A model generated the notes under the pieces. The model was not told where the DNA came from. It searched no databases and saw nothing but the letters and a program-made list of their open reading frames with translations. From contig CAWGJC010000013.1 of the NCBI GenBank assembly GCA_963822815.1, positions 29,924-93,923 of the forward strand: a stretch of DNA of 64,000 nt, in the 5' to 3' direction. Below are positions 41,022 to 49,922 of the stretch, one piece after another (the stretch's first letter is position 1; each line of letters begins with the position of its first letter). Made by a program: the position numbers and the translations under genes. This DNA comes from an uncultured Alphaproteobacteria bacterium. GTDB lineage: Bacteria > Pseudomonadota > Alphaproteobacteria > Acetobacterales > Acetobacteraceae.

Positions 41022-43631
41022 TCAGCCATGGAGCGCCGGCACCACGGCGGGCGCCGCGCCCGGGCCGCCGAGCAGGAAGTCGCCGTAGAAGCCCGCGCCG
41101 GCGGCAGTGGTCGCGACCGTCAGCGCGATCGTGAGATCGACGGGCGCGCCGCCGGCAAGGCTCGCGAGCGAGCCGAGATCGATCGCGTGGTTGGTGAACT
41201 CGGCCAGCAGGTCGGCGCCGGAATGGAAGCTCGCATTCAGGAGCGCGGTGTTGTTGGCAGTGATCGCGAGTGATCCGCCGCTCACCGCGCCCAGGGCGGT
41301 GCCGCCGAACAGCCCGAGGCGGAGATCGCCGGTGCCGAGCGTGGTCGGGTCGATGCGGATGGTGAACGCGCTGCTCGTTGCGGTGCTCGCCGTCCCCGCC
41401 GAGCCATGCCCGCCGCCAAGCTCGCCGATGGCGTAGGTTGCCGCGCCACCGAAGCTCGCGGCGATGGCGGAATTGCCGGCAAGGACGGGCGCCGTGAGGC
41501 TGCCGTCGGGCATCCCCACCGCGATCCCCACTCCCGTGTCGGTCGAATCGAACGGCGCCAGCTGACCGTGCAGCTGGGTCTCGGCCACCGCGCTGACATC
41601 GCCGGACTGCTGGCCGGAGAGCGTCACGCCGAGCTGGTCGATGGCACCCGCCAGGCCGGCCGCCGTGCCTTGCGCGACCGAGGCGGCGCCGACCGAGAAA
41701 CCATCGCCGAAGCTGGCATGGCCGATGGCGGTCGCATGTGCCACCAGGCCACCGCTGCGCATTCCGCTCGCCTGCGCCGATACGTTGCTGACGACGGTCG
41801 CGCCGGTGGTGCTGGCCTGAGCGACCGCCGTGCCGCCGCGCGAGGTGGGCCCGCCACCGCCGAACGCCTCGGCGTAAGCGACCGCGCCGCTGGTCGCGGT
41901 GAGCGCGCTCCGGGCCGTGGCGTCGCCACCGGCCCCCGCGACCCCGGTTGCGGAGCTGACGCCGCCGACCCCGCCGAACGCGACCACCATGCCGGTGATT
42001 TCGGCGCTGGTCGTGTCGTGGAACGTCAGGGTGGAAACCGCTGCACCCCCCGCCCCGGCCGGCCCGGTGTCGCTGTTGCCGCCGGCCCCGCCGGTCGCAT
42101 TCTGGACCAGCTCGAGGCCACCGTTCCGAGTGCTGCCGGAGACGGCATTCGACTGGTAGACCGAGCCGCCGGCCCCGCCCGCCGCGCCGGCCAGGCCATT
42201 GCCGCCGAATCCGCCATCGACCACCGACAGCGCCATCGCCGAGGTGATGCCTACCGCGTCGGCGAAGGCGGCAGCGCCCGCTCCGGCGCCGCCCGCATAC
42301 CCGCTTCCTTCGCCGGTGCCGCCATGGCCGCCCCCGGCATTCGCGGTGGCATCCGCATGGTTGCCGGTCGCGGTGGCACGGCTGGTCGCCTGGGCGCCGG
42401 TCGCGCCGTCGATCGTGGTCGGGTTGCCGAACAGGAAGGGCAACGCGCCGCCCCCGGCACCGCCGGTCGCATTCGCGCTCGCGCTGACGGTCGAGGTGCC
42501 GTTGCCGGTCGCGCTGGCCGTCGCCGTCGCGGACCCGCCGGCGCCGGCGGGTCCGGTCTGGCCCCAGCCGCCGTTCCCCCCCGTGGCGCCGCTCGAGAGG
42601 GCAATGCTCGCGCTCTGGTCGGTGGTGGCATTTGCGGTGTCGTTGAGCGTCAGGGTCGAGCGTGCCACGCCGCCGCTGCCACCCGGACCCTCGACATTGG
42701 CCTGTCCGCCCGATCCGCCATTGGCCGACTGGGTCAGGGTGAGCGCGCCGTGCTCCGTCGTCCCGGAAACGGCGTTGGTCAGCACCGCCGCGGCGCCGTT
42801 GCCGCCGGCGCTGTCACCGCCGCCGCCGCCGCCGCCGGCGGCGGTCGCCGTCGCGCTCGCGGAGGTCACGCCGGTCGCGGTCGCCTTGGCATGCGCGGTG
42901 CCGCCGGCACCGCCGCCGGCATCGACCCCGCGGCTGCCGGTCCCGCCGGTTGCGGCGGCGCTCGCCGTCGCCACCGTGCCGCTCGCGGTGCTGCCGGCCT
43001 GCGCGACTGCGCCGGTCTCCGGCAGCCCGATGCCGGCGGCACCCCCCTGCGCCACGGACCGCGCGGTGGCGCTGCCAAGCCGGTTGCTGTTGATCGCATT
43101 GGCGTGGGCGGTCCCGGCCGGAGCGCCCGGAACGGCGAGCACCGGGTTGCCGCCCGAACCGCCGATCGCCGTGGCGAGCGCGATGCTGCCGGCGCTGGTC
43201 CGCGCCGTCGAGGTGACATGGGCCGCGGCAATTCCGCCCGCGCCTCCCCCGTTCACGCCGAAACCGCCGGGCCCCCCGTCCGCCGTTCCCTGGGCATAGA
43301 CCGCGGTGGCGAACCGGCCGGCCATGCCGACATCCGCAGTGGCGGCGCCGCCCGCGCCGCCGAGCCCGCCGCCAAAGCCGGACATGCCGCCATTGCCGCC
43401 GGTTGCCTCGGCGGTGTTGATCGCGTCCTGCGGGAACGCATGGAGATTGCGGGCGAGTGCCACCCCGCCGGGGCCGCCGGAGGACGGGTCCGTCCCGTTC
43501 TGGCCGTTGCTGCCCGGAATGCCGGTGATCGATACGTCGCCCAAACCGTCCGCTCCCGCCGCGCAACGGGCGCTGCCCGCCTGGTGAGAAATAGTTAACA
43601 AAAAGATACCAGGTTGCGCCGGGCCAGGCAA
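41022..43631 (-). CDS. Large Gly/Ala/Thr/Ser-rich repeat protein (PGRS-like composition) with non-repetitive C-terminal domain
   Basis: 869-codon uninterrupted ORF with high third-position GC. GGxGG clusters (GGNGGMSGFGGGLGGAGG, GGSGGQANVEGPGGSGG, GGAGGNSDTGPAGAGG). No Sec signal. The ORF-track start is TTG in an AT-rich stretch, and TTG 43544 with GGGAG upstream is an alternative. Confidence 0.7.
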   Translation of the reverse strand: MPGPAQPGIFLLTISHQAGSARCAAGADGLGDVSITGIPGSNGQNGTDPSSGGPGGVALARNLHAFPQDAINTAEATGGNGGMSGFGGGLGGAGGAATADVGMAGRFATAVYAQGTADGGPGGFGVNGGGAGGIAAAHVTSTARTSAGSIALATAIGGSGGNPVLAVPGAPAGTAHANAINSNRLGSATARSVAQGGAAGIGLPETGAVAQAGSTASGTVATASAAATGGTGSRGVDAGGGAGGTAHAKATATGVTSASATATAAGGGGGGGDSAGGNGAAAVLTNAVSGTTEHGALTLTQSANGGSGGQANVEGPGGSGGVARSTLTLNDTANATTDQSASIALSSGATGGNGGWGQTGPAGAGGSATATASATGNGTSTVSASANATGGAGGGALPFLFGNPTTIDGATGAQATSRATATGNHADATANAGGGHGGTGEGSGYAGGAGAGAAAFADAVGITSAMALSVVDGGFGGNGLAGAAGGAGGSVYQSNAVSGSTRNGGLELVQNATGGAGGNSDTGPAGAGGAAVSTLTFHDTTSAEITGMVVAFGGVGGVSSATGVAGAGGDATARSALTATSGAVAYAEAFGGGGPTSRGGTAVAQASTTGATVVSNVSAQASGMRSGGLVAHATAIGHASFGDGFSVGAASVAQGTAAGLAGAIDQLGVTLSGQQSGDVSAVAETQLHGQLAPFDSTDTGVGIAVGMPDGSLTAPVLAGNSAIAASFGGAATYAIGELGGGHGSAGTASTATSSAFTIRIDPTTLGTGDLRLGLFGGTALGAVSGGSLAITANNTALLNASFHSGADLLAEFTNHAIDLGSLASLAGGAPVDLTIALTVATTAAGAGFYGDFLLGGPGAAPAVVPALHG

Positions 43632-43659
43632 TGCAAACCCGAAACGAGCAGCGACCTCC

Positions 43660-44551
43660 TCAGCGGGTCATCAGCACCGGAAGAGTCGCGTGCTCCAGCA
43701 CGTGTCGGGTGACGCCGCCCAGAATGAGCTGGCGCAGGCGCGAATGCGAATAGGCCCCCATGGTCAGCAGGTCGGCGCCGAACTCGGCGGCGGCGCCGAG
43801 CAGCCCCTTGCCGACTTCGCGGTCGATCGGGCGGAAGGTCGCGATCTCGGCGGTGATACCGTGCAGGGCGAGGTAGGCGGCGAGCTCCTGCGCCTCCGGT
43901 CCCCGCCGCTGGTATTCCTCGGCGGAGAGGATGCGCACCGCCTCCGCCTGCTGCATCCAGGGCAGCGCCGCCTGCACCGCCGCCGCCGAATTCGGCGGTC
44001 CCGTTCCAGCCCACGGCCACGCGGGCGCCGATCGTCTCCGGCGGCCCCTGCGGCGCGATCAGCACCGGGCGACCCGAATCGAACAGCACCGCGTGCAGCG
44101 CGTCGGAGGACGACGCCTCGGCGCCCGATTCCGGGTGCGGAATCACGGTGAGGTCGGCGAGCCGCGCCTGCTGCGCGACCAGATCGTCCTCGCGCCCGGT
44201 CACCGCGGCGAAATTCGCGGTCGCGCCCGCCTCGTGCGGCCGGGGCTCGGAAACGGTGACGCCGTGCGCCCGGACGAAGTGGTCGAACATCGCGCGCACC
44301 GCCTGGCTGCGCGCGCCGCTCTCCTTCTCGGTCGCGGTCATCATCTCCTCGATCATCGCGCCGGACAGGCCTTCGCCCGCCAGCGGCGCGACATCGCGCG
44401 CATCGACGCGGACATGCAGCGCCGTGACATGCGCGTGCCAGATACGCGCGATCATCAGCGAGGTGGCAAGCGCCGCCTCGCCGGCCGCCGTCCCGGTCAG
44501 GGGCAGCAGCAGCTTCCGAATCGCGATGGCACGCTCTCCCGCCTCGGTCAT
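43660..44551 (-). CDS. Tandem universal stress protein (UspA family)
   Basis: LLLPLTGTAAGEAAL..HVTALHV and PVLIAP, then after a frame change near 43985 (ORF 43660..43977) ADLLTMGAYSHSRLRQLILGGVTRHVLEHATLPVLMTR*. Confidence 0.8.
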
Positions 44552-44684
44552 GGCGTGATTCCTTAGAGCAACATCGGCCGGATCGGAATCGCTCCGGCCG
44601 ACAAAGTTGACCCTCTGCGGTCAGCCTGGACGCGCCGCTCCCGGGTCGCGCCCGCCTCCGCCTCCTCCGCGCCGGCGGGAATGC

Positions 44685-45266
44685 TCAAGGATACAGGCGC
44701 TCGGTGGCCCAGCCCTCGCCGCTTCGCGTGAAGATCAGCCGGTCATGCAGGCGATACGGCATGTTCTGCCAGAACTCGAACCGCTCCGGCAGCACCCGAT
44801 AACCCGACCAGTGCGCCGGGCGCGGAATGTCCTCGCCCGGATATTGCGCCTCGAGCTCCCGCACTCGCCGCTCCAGATCCGCCCGTGCGGCCAACGGCCG
44901 CGACTGCTCGGAGGCATGCGCCCCCAGCCGCGAGATCCGCGCCCGGCTCGCGAAATACGCATCCGCCTCCGCATCGGTCACGTCCTCGACCGGCCCCTCC
45001 ACCCGCACCTGCCGCCCCAGCGATTTCCAGTGGAACAGCAACGCCGCCCGCGGATTGGCGGCAAGCTCGTCGCCCTTCCGGCTCTGCTTGTTGGTGTAGA
45101 AAACAAAGCCGCGCGGATCGACGCCCTTCAACAGCACCGTCCGCGCCGACGGCACCCCCGCCGCCGACGCCGTCGCCAGGGTCATCGCATTCGCATCGAC
45201 CGGCTCACTGGCCACCGCCTCCCCCATCCAGGCCTCGAACATCGCAAACGGATCGATGACGGTCAT
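44685..45266 (-). CDS. pdxH: Pyridoxamine 5-prime-phosphate oxidase
   Basis: Start at the internal ATG 45266. NAMTLATASAAGVPSARTVLLKG, FVFYTNKQSRKG, RQVRVEG and FEFWQNMPYRLHDR..ERLYP*. Uninterrupted 193 aa. Confidence 0.92.
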   Translation of the reverse strand: MTVIDPFAMFEAWMGEAVASEPVDANAMTLATASAAGVPSARTVLLKGVDPRGFVFYTNKQSRKGDELAANPRAALLFHWKSLGRQVRVEGPVEDVTDAEADAYFASRARISRLGAHASEQSRPLAARADLERRVRELEAQYPGEDIPRPAHWSGYRVLPERFEFWQNMPYRLHDRLIFTRSGEGWATERLYP

Positions 45267-45267
45267 G

Positions 45268-45480
45268 CGGCGCCGGGTAGCATGAGGGGGCGAATGGAAG
45301 CCAGGGGCACCGCCCCTCGACCCGGACCTCGCAACCACCTCGTTGCCCACCCTCCTCAACAAACCCGGGTCGGTTCCAAGGGGCTGCGCCCGGAGCGGAG
45401 GTCCAGGAGGCACAGTCTCCTGGCGGGGGGCCGGGGGCGGAGCCCCTGGCCTTTCCTCTCCCCCCGTGCTACCCGGCGCG
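45268..45480. repeat. About 210-nt composite palindromic element (family R3, MITE/REP-like) filling the whole pdxH / aroQ spacer
   Basis: Ends CGCCGGGTAGCATGAGGGGGCGAATGGAAGCC and GGCCTTTCCTCTCCCCCCGTGCTACCCGGCG are imperfect inverted repeats. Internal small hairpins of type CCAGGGGC-NNN-GCCCCTGG and CGACCCGG..CCGGGTCG. Confidence 0.5.
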
Positions 45481-45482
45481 AC

Positions 45483-45935
45483 ATGCCGCCACCGCTCATA
45501 GCCGTTTTGAACGGTCCGAACATGAACATGCTGGGTCTTCGCCAGCCGACGATCTATGGCCGGGACACGCTCGATGATGTCGAGCAGCTCTGTGCCGAGG
45601 CGGCGGAGCAGCTGGGGCTGGCGATCGATTTCCGGCAGACCAATGGCGAGGGTGAGCTCGTCACCTGGGTGCAGGAGGCGCGCAGCCGGGCGCAGGGGAT
45701 CATCATCAACCCGGCGGGCTACACGACCACCTCGATCGCGCTGCTCGACGCGCTGCTGGCGAGCGAGCTGCCGGTGATCGAGGTGCACCTCTCGAACATC
45801 CATCGGCGCGAGGAATTCCGCCACCATTCCTATGTGTCGAAGGCAGCGGTCGGCGTGATCTGCGGGCTTGGCATCCAGGGCTATGCGCTGGCGCTGACCG
45901 CAATGGCGGGGCTGGTCGGCGAGGGGGCGGAATGA
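45483..45935 (+). CDS. aroQ: Type II 3-dehydroquinate dehydratase
   Basis: IAVLNGPNMNMLGLRQPTIYG, IINPAGYTTTS, VEVHLSNIHRREEFRHHS. Uninterrupted 150 aa. Confidence 0.92.
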   Translation: MPPPLIAVLNGPNMNMLGLRQPTIYGRDTLDDVEQLCAEAAEQLGLAIDFRQTNGEGELVTWVQEARSRAQGIIINPAGYTTTSIALLDALLASELPVIEVHLSNIHRREEFRHHSYVSKAAVGVICGLGIQGYALALTAMAGLVGEGAE

Positions 45936-46384
45936 CGCGCGTTCCGTTCGACCCGGAGAGCATTCGGGCGCTCGCCGCCATCCTGCTGGAGAGCGGCCTC
46001 ACCGAGATCGAGATCGCCGAGAAGGACAGCCGCATCCGGGTGGCGCGCACCGTCACCCAGGCGGTGACGCAGGCAGTGGTTCCGACCGCGGCCGCCGTCT
46101 CCCGCGCCCGCACCGGCGGTGCCCGGTCGGACCAGGACGATGCGAGCCATCCCGGCGCGGTGCCGAGCCCGATGGTGGGCGTCGCCTATCTCGCGCCCGA
46201 GCCCGGCGCGCCCCCTTATGTCACGCCCGGCGCGACGGTGGCGGCGGGGCAGACGCTGATGCTGATCGAGGCGATGAAGACCTTCAACCAGATCAAGGCG
46301 CCGCGCTCGGGCACGATCGCGCGCATCCTGGTCGCGTCGGGCGCGCCGGTCGAGTACGGCGAAGTGCTGATGGTGATCGAGTAG
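45932..46384 (+). CDS. accB: Biotin carboxyl carrier protein of acetyl-CoA carboxylase
   Basis: ATGA overlap with aroQ. SPMVGVAY, LIEAMKTFNQIKAPRSGTI (biotinyl-Lys) and GEVLMVIE*. Confidence 0.9.
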   Translation: MTRVPFDPESIRALAAILLESGLTEIEIAEKDSRIRVARTVTQAVTQAVVPTAAAVSRARTGGARSDQDDASHPGAVPSPMVGVAYLAPEPGAPPYVTPGATVAAGQTLMLIEAMKTFNQIKAPRSGTIARILVASGAPVEYGEVLMVIE

Positions 46385-46387
46385 CAC

Positions 46388-47756
46388 TTGCACAATTTCG
46401 AGAAGATCCTGATCGCCAATCGCGGCGAGATCGCGCTCCGCATCCAGCGCGCCTGCCGCGAGCTCGGCATCCGCACCGTCGCCGTCCATTCCACCGCGGA
46501 TGCCGAGGCGATGCATGTGCGGCTCGCCGATGAGAGCGTGTGCATCGGCCCGCCGCCGCCGCGCGACAGCTACCTGAACATCCCCTCGATCATCTCCGCG
46601 GCGCTGGTGACGGCGGCGGATGCGATCCATCCGGGCTACGGGTTCCTCTCCGAAAATGCCGAACTTCGCCGAAATGGTGGAGGCGCACGGGATGGCCTTC
46701 ATCGGCCCCGCGCCCGAGCACATCCGGATGATGGGCGACAAGATCACCGCGAAATCGACGATGGCCTCGATCGGCGTGCCGCTGGTGCCGGGGTCGGACG
46801 GCGAAGTCACCGATCTCTACGAGGCGCGGCGGGTCGCCGACCACATCGGCTATCCGGTGCTCATCAAGGCGGCGGCGGGCGGCGGCGGGCGCGGCATGAA
46901 GGTCGCGGAGAGTGCCGACGGACTGGAGGAGGCCTGGCGCATCGCGCGGGCCGAAGCGCGCGCCGGGTTCGGCAATGATGCCGTCTATATCGAGAAGTAT
47001 CTCGACAAGCCCAGGCATATCGAGCTGCAGATACTTGCCGACCAGCACGGCAACGTCGTGCATTTCGGCGAGCGCGACTGCAGCCTGCAGCGCCGGCATC
47101 AGAAGCTGGTGGAGGAGGCGGGCTCGCCGGCACTCAAGCCGGCCGAGCGCGACCGGCTGGGCGCGGTGGTGACGGCGGGCCTCGCCGAGCTTGGCTACCA
47201 CAACGCCGGCACCCTCGAATTCCTCTACCAGGACGGGCAGTTCGCCTTCATCGAGATGAACACGCGGCTGCAGGTCGAGCATCCGGTGACGGAGATGGTG
47301 TGCGGCGTCGATCTCGTGCGCGAGCAGATCCGCATCGCCGCCGGCCAGGCGCTCGGTTACGGCCAGTCGGACATCAAGTTCTCCGGCCATGCGATCGAGT
47401 GCCGGGTGACCGCGGAGGACCCCGAGACCTTCGCCCCGTCGCCGGGCCTGGTGACCGCCTATCACGCGCCGGGCGGGCTCGGCGTGCGGGTCAATTCGGC
47501 GCTGTATGCCGGCTCGGTGGTGTCGCCCTACTACGACAGCATGGTGGCCAAGCTGATCGTGCATGCGCCGACGCGGCCGGAGGCGATCGCGCGGATGGAG
47601 CGCGCGCTCGAGGAGTTCGCGGTGATCGGCATCCGCACCTCGCTGCCGCTGCACCAGCGGATCATGGCCGACTGGCGCTTCCGCGCCGGCGACTACACGA
47701 TCCACTGGCTCGAGAAGTTCGTGGCGGCGCAAAAACCTGCCGTGCCGGCCGTCTGA
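46388..47756 (+). CDS. accC: Acetyl-CoA carboxylase biotin carboxylase subunit
   Basis: TTG start. [27 protein letters not shown], then (ORF 46620..) NFAEMVE..FIGP..MGDK, GGGGRGM and [14 protein letters not shown]. Frame change near 46655 (extra base in GCCGAACTTCGCC). Confidence 0.92.
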
Positions 47757-47810
47757 CGTCGGTTCTCTGTGCTCCGGTGGTCACGGGCTGCAACGCCCGT
47801 TCCCGGGAAT

Positions 47811-48245
47811 TCAGGCGCGCATCCGCGAGATCTCCAGCAGCACGCTCGCTTCCAGCTCCTTCTCGTCGAGCCGGACCTTGACCAGATCGCCGATGCTGAC
47901 GATGCCCTGCAGCTCGCCGTCGTCGATCACCGGCAGGTGCCGGATCTTCTTCAGCGTCATCACCGCGAGCGCGGCGTCGATCCGGTCGGTCGAGCGGCAG
48001 GAGATGATCGGCCGGCTCATCAGCGCCTGCACTTCCCGGTCGAGCGCGGTGGCGCCCGTCGCGGCGATCGCGTTCACGAAATCCCGCTCGGAGAAGATGC
48101 CGACCAGCTTCATCCAGGCGCTCTCGACCACGAGGGCGCCGATCCGGCGCTCGGCGAGCTTGTGCACGGCGGCGGCCACCTTCTCGGTGGCCCCGATCCG
48201 CGCGACCTCCCGCCCCTTGTTGCGAAGAACGTCCGAAATCAGCAT
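47811..48245 (-). CDS. CBS-domain pair protein
   Basis: MLISDVLRNKG..GALVV..LVGIFSERDF..IRHLPVIDDGELQGIVSIGDLVK. Start at internal ATG 48245. Confidence 0.8.
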   Translation of the reverse strand: MLISDVLRNKGREVARIGATEKVAAAVHKLAERRIGALVVESAWMKLVGIFSERDFVNAIAATGATALDREVQALMSRPIISCRSTDRIDAALAVMTLKKIRHLPVIDDGELQGIVSIGDLVKVRLDEKELEASVLLEISRMRA

Positions 48246-48347
48246 CAGAGCCTCCCAGGCAAGTGGTGGTCCGGAGACCATAACGCGCAAGGCAGCTCAG
48301 CGGTGGAACCCTTCCAAAGCTTCATCCGGCTTGCCACATCGACGGCC

Positions 48348-48995
48348 ATGAACCCCGCCTTCTCCCGCCGCGCCGTGCTGCGTGGCCTCGCTTCGCTGCC
48401 GCCGCTCACCCTGCCGCTGCGCGCCCTGGCGCAGGCGGCGGTCTCGGACCAGGCGGACATCGCCCGCATCCAGGCCTATCTCGACGGGCTCCGCACGCTG
48501 AAGGCGCGCTTCCTGCAGATCGCGCCGAACGGGGCGCAGACAAAGGGGACCGCCTGGCTCGACCGGCCAGGCCGCATGCGCTTCGAGTACGACCCGCCGA
48601 CGCAGTACCTGCTGGTCGCCGGGCACGGGGTGCTCACCTTCTACGATGCCTCGCTCAAGCAGACGAGCAACATCCCGCTCGGCAGCACCCCGCTCGGCAT
48701 CCTCCTCGCCGACCATGTCCGGCTGTCGGGCGACGTGACGGTCACCAACCTCGCGCGCGAGCCCGGGCAGATCCAGCTCACGCTGGTGCGGACCGCGTCG
48801 CCGGGCGAGGGCAGCCTCACCCTGTTCTTCAACGCCGATCCGCTGTCGCTGCGGGGCTGGGCGGTGCTCGACGCGCAGCGCCGGGTGACGCGCATCGACC
48901 TCTTCGACATCCACCCCGGCGGCAGCTTCGACCAGGGTCTGTTCGTGTTCATCGATCCGAATTTCTACCAGTCGCGCCCCGGGGGCGGCGGCTGA
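48348..48995 (+). CDS. LolA-like periplasmic protein
   Basis: MNPAFSRRAVLRGLASLPPLTLPLRALA export signal. LKARFLQ..WLDRPGRMRFEY pattern. Start at the internal ATG of ORF 47769... Confidence 0.65.
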   Translation: MNPAFSRRAVLRGLASLPPLTLPLRALAQAAVSDQADIARIQAYLDGLRTLKARFLQIAPNGAQTKGTAWLDRPGRMRFEYDPPTQYLLVAGHGVLTFYDASLKQTSNIPLGSTPLGILLADHVRLSGDVTVTNLAREPGQIQLTLVRTASPGEGSLTLFFNADPLSLRGWAVLDAQRRVTRIDLFDIHPGGSFDQGLFVFIDPNFYQSRPGGGG

Positions 48996-49074
48996 GCCAC
49001 ACCCGGGGCATGACGCAAGGCGCCGGGCTGCTCCGCGCGTTTTCGCCTTCAACTTGTCGCAATAGTTCACCACT

Positions 49075-49855
49075 ATGCTGGCCGGCATGAAACCGCTCGT
49101 TGGCATCTCCTGCTGCACCAAGCTGTTCGGCGCCTTCGGGACTCCGAACCACGCCGCCTCCGACACCTATGTGCGGGCCACCGACCGGGTGGTGGGCGGC
49201 GTCCCGGTCCTGATCCCGGCCAATGGCGAGTGCGCCGACATCGAGACGCTGCTCGCCCGGCTGGACGGGCTGATCCTGACCGGCAGCCGCTCGAACGTGC
49301 AGCCTGCGCTCTATGGCGGGCCGCCCCATGCCGAGGGCACGCCCGAGGACGAGATGCGGGACAGGACCACCCTGCCGCTGATCCGCGCCGCGATCCGCCG
49401 CGGCCTCCCGGTGCTCGCGATCTGCCGCGGGCTGCAGGAATTCAACGTGGCCCTCGGCGGCTCGCTGCACCAGCGCATCCAGGACCTGCCGGGGAAGCTC
49501 GACCATTCCACCCCGATGCAGCCGAATCCGCGGGTCCGCATCGGGAAGGCGCATGCCGTGCGCCTGACGCCGGGCGGCTGGCTGCATCGGCTCGCCGGGC
49601 ACTGCCGAACTCGCGGTGAACTCGCTGCACAACCAGGGGATCGACCGGTTGGCGCCGCGCCTGGTGGTCGAGGCGGTGGCGCCGGACGGCATCATCGAGG
49701 CGGTCCGCCTGCCCGGTACCCCGGCCTTCGCCGCGGGCGTGCAGTGGCATCCCGAATACGATTTCGAGACCGACGCGGTCTCCCGCCGCATCTTCGAGCA
49801 TTTCGGCGCGGCCATCCGCGGCAGCGTCATGGAACTGGCGGCCGCCGCGGACTGA
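49075..49855 (+). CDS. Class-I glutamine amidotransferase, gamma-glutamyl-GABA hydrolase (PuuD) family
   Basis: LILTGSRSNV and ICRGLQEFNVALGGSL (Cys nucleophile), then after a frame change near 49600 VNSLHNQGI..VQWHPE. Confidence 0.8.
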
Positions 49856-49922
49856 GCGGCGCTCCGCAGCCCCTTCGGCGTTATTGGCCTGATCCGCCGC
49901 CCGCTCCTATGGTTCCGCCCGC

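Noticed and set aside
41406-43598. 730-aa plus-strand ORF opposite the Gly-rich gene
   Set aside because: Arg-rich shadow frame of the GGC/GCC-rich minus-strand gene. The minus-strand frame has coherent repeat modules and better third-position GC.
41022-43631. RTX/T1SS substrate or autotransporter call for the Gly-rich protein
   Set aside because: No GGxGxDxUx nonapeptide series, no C-terminal beta-barrel, and no T1SS ABC/MFP genes nearby.
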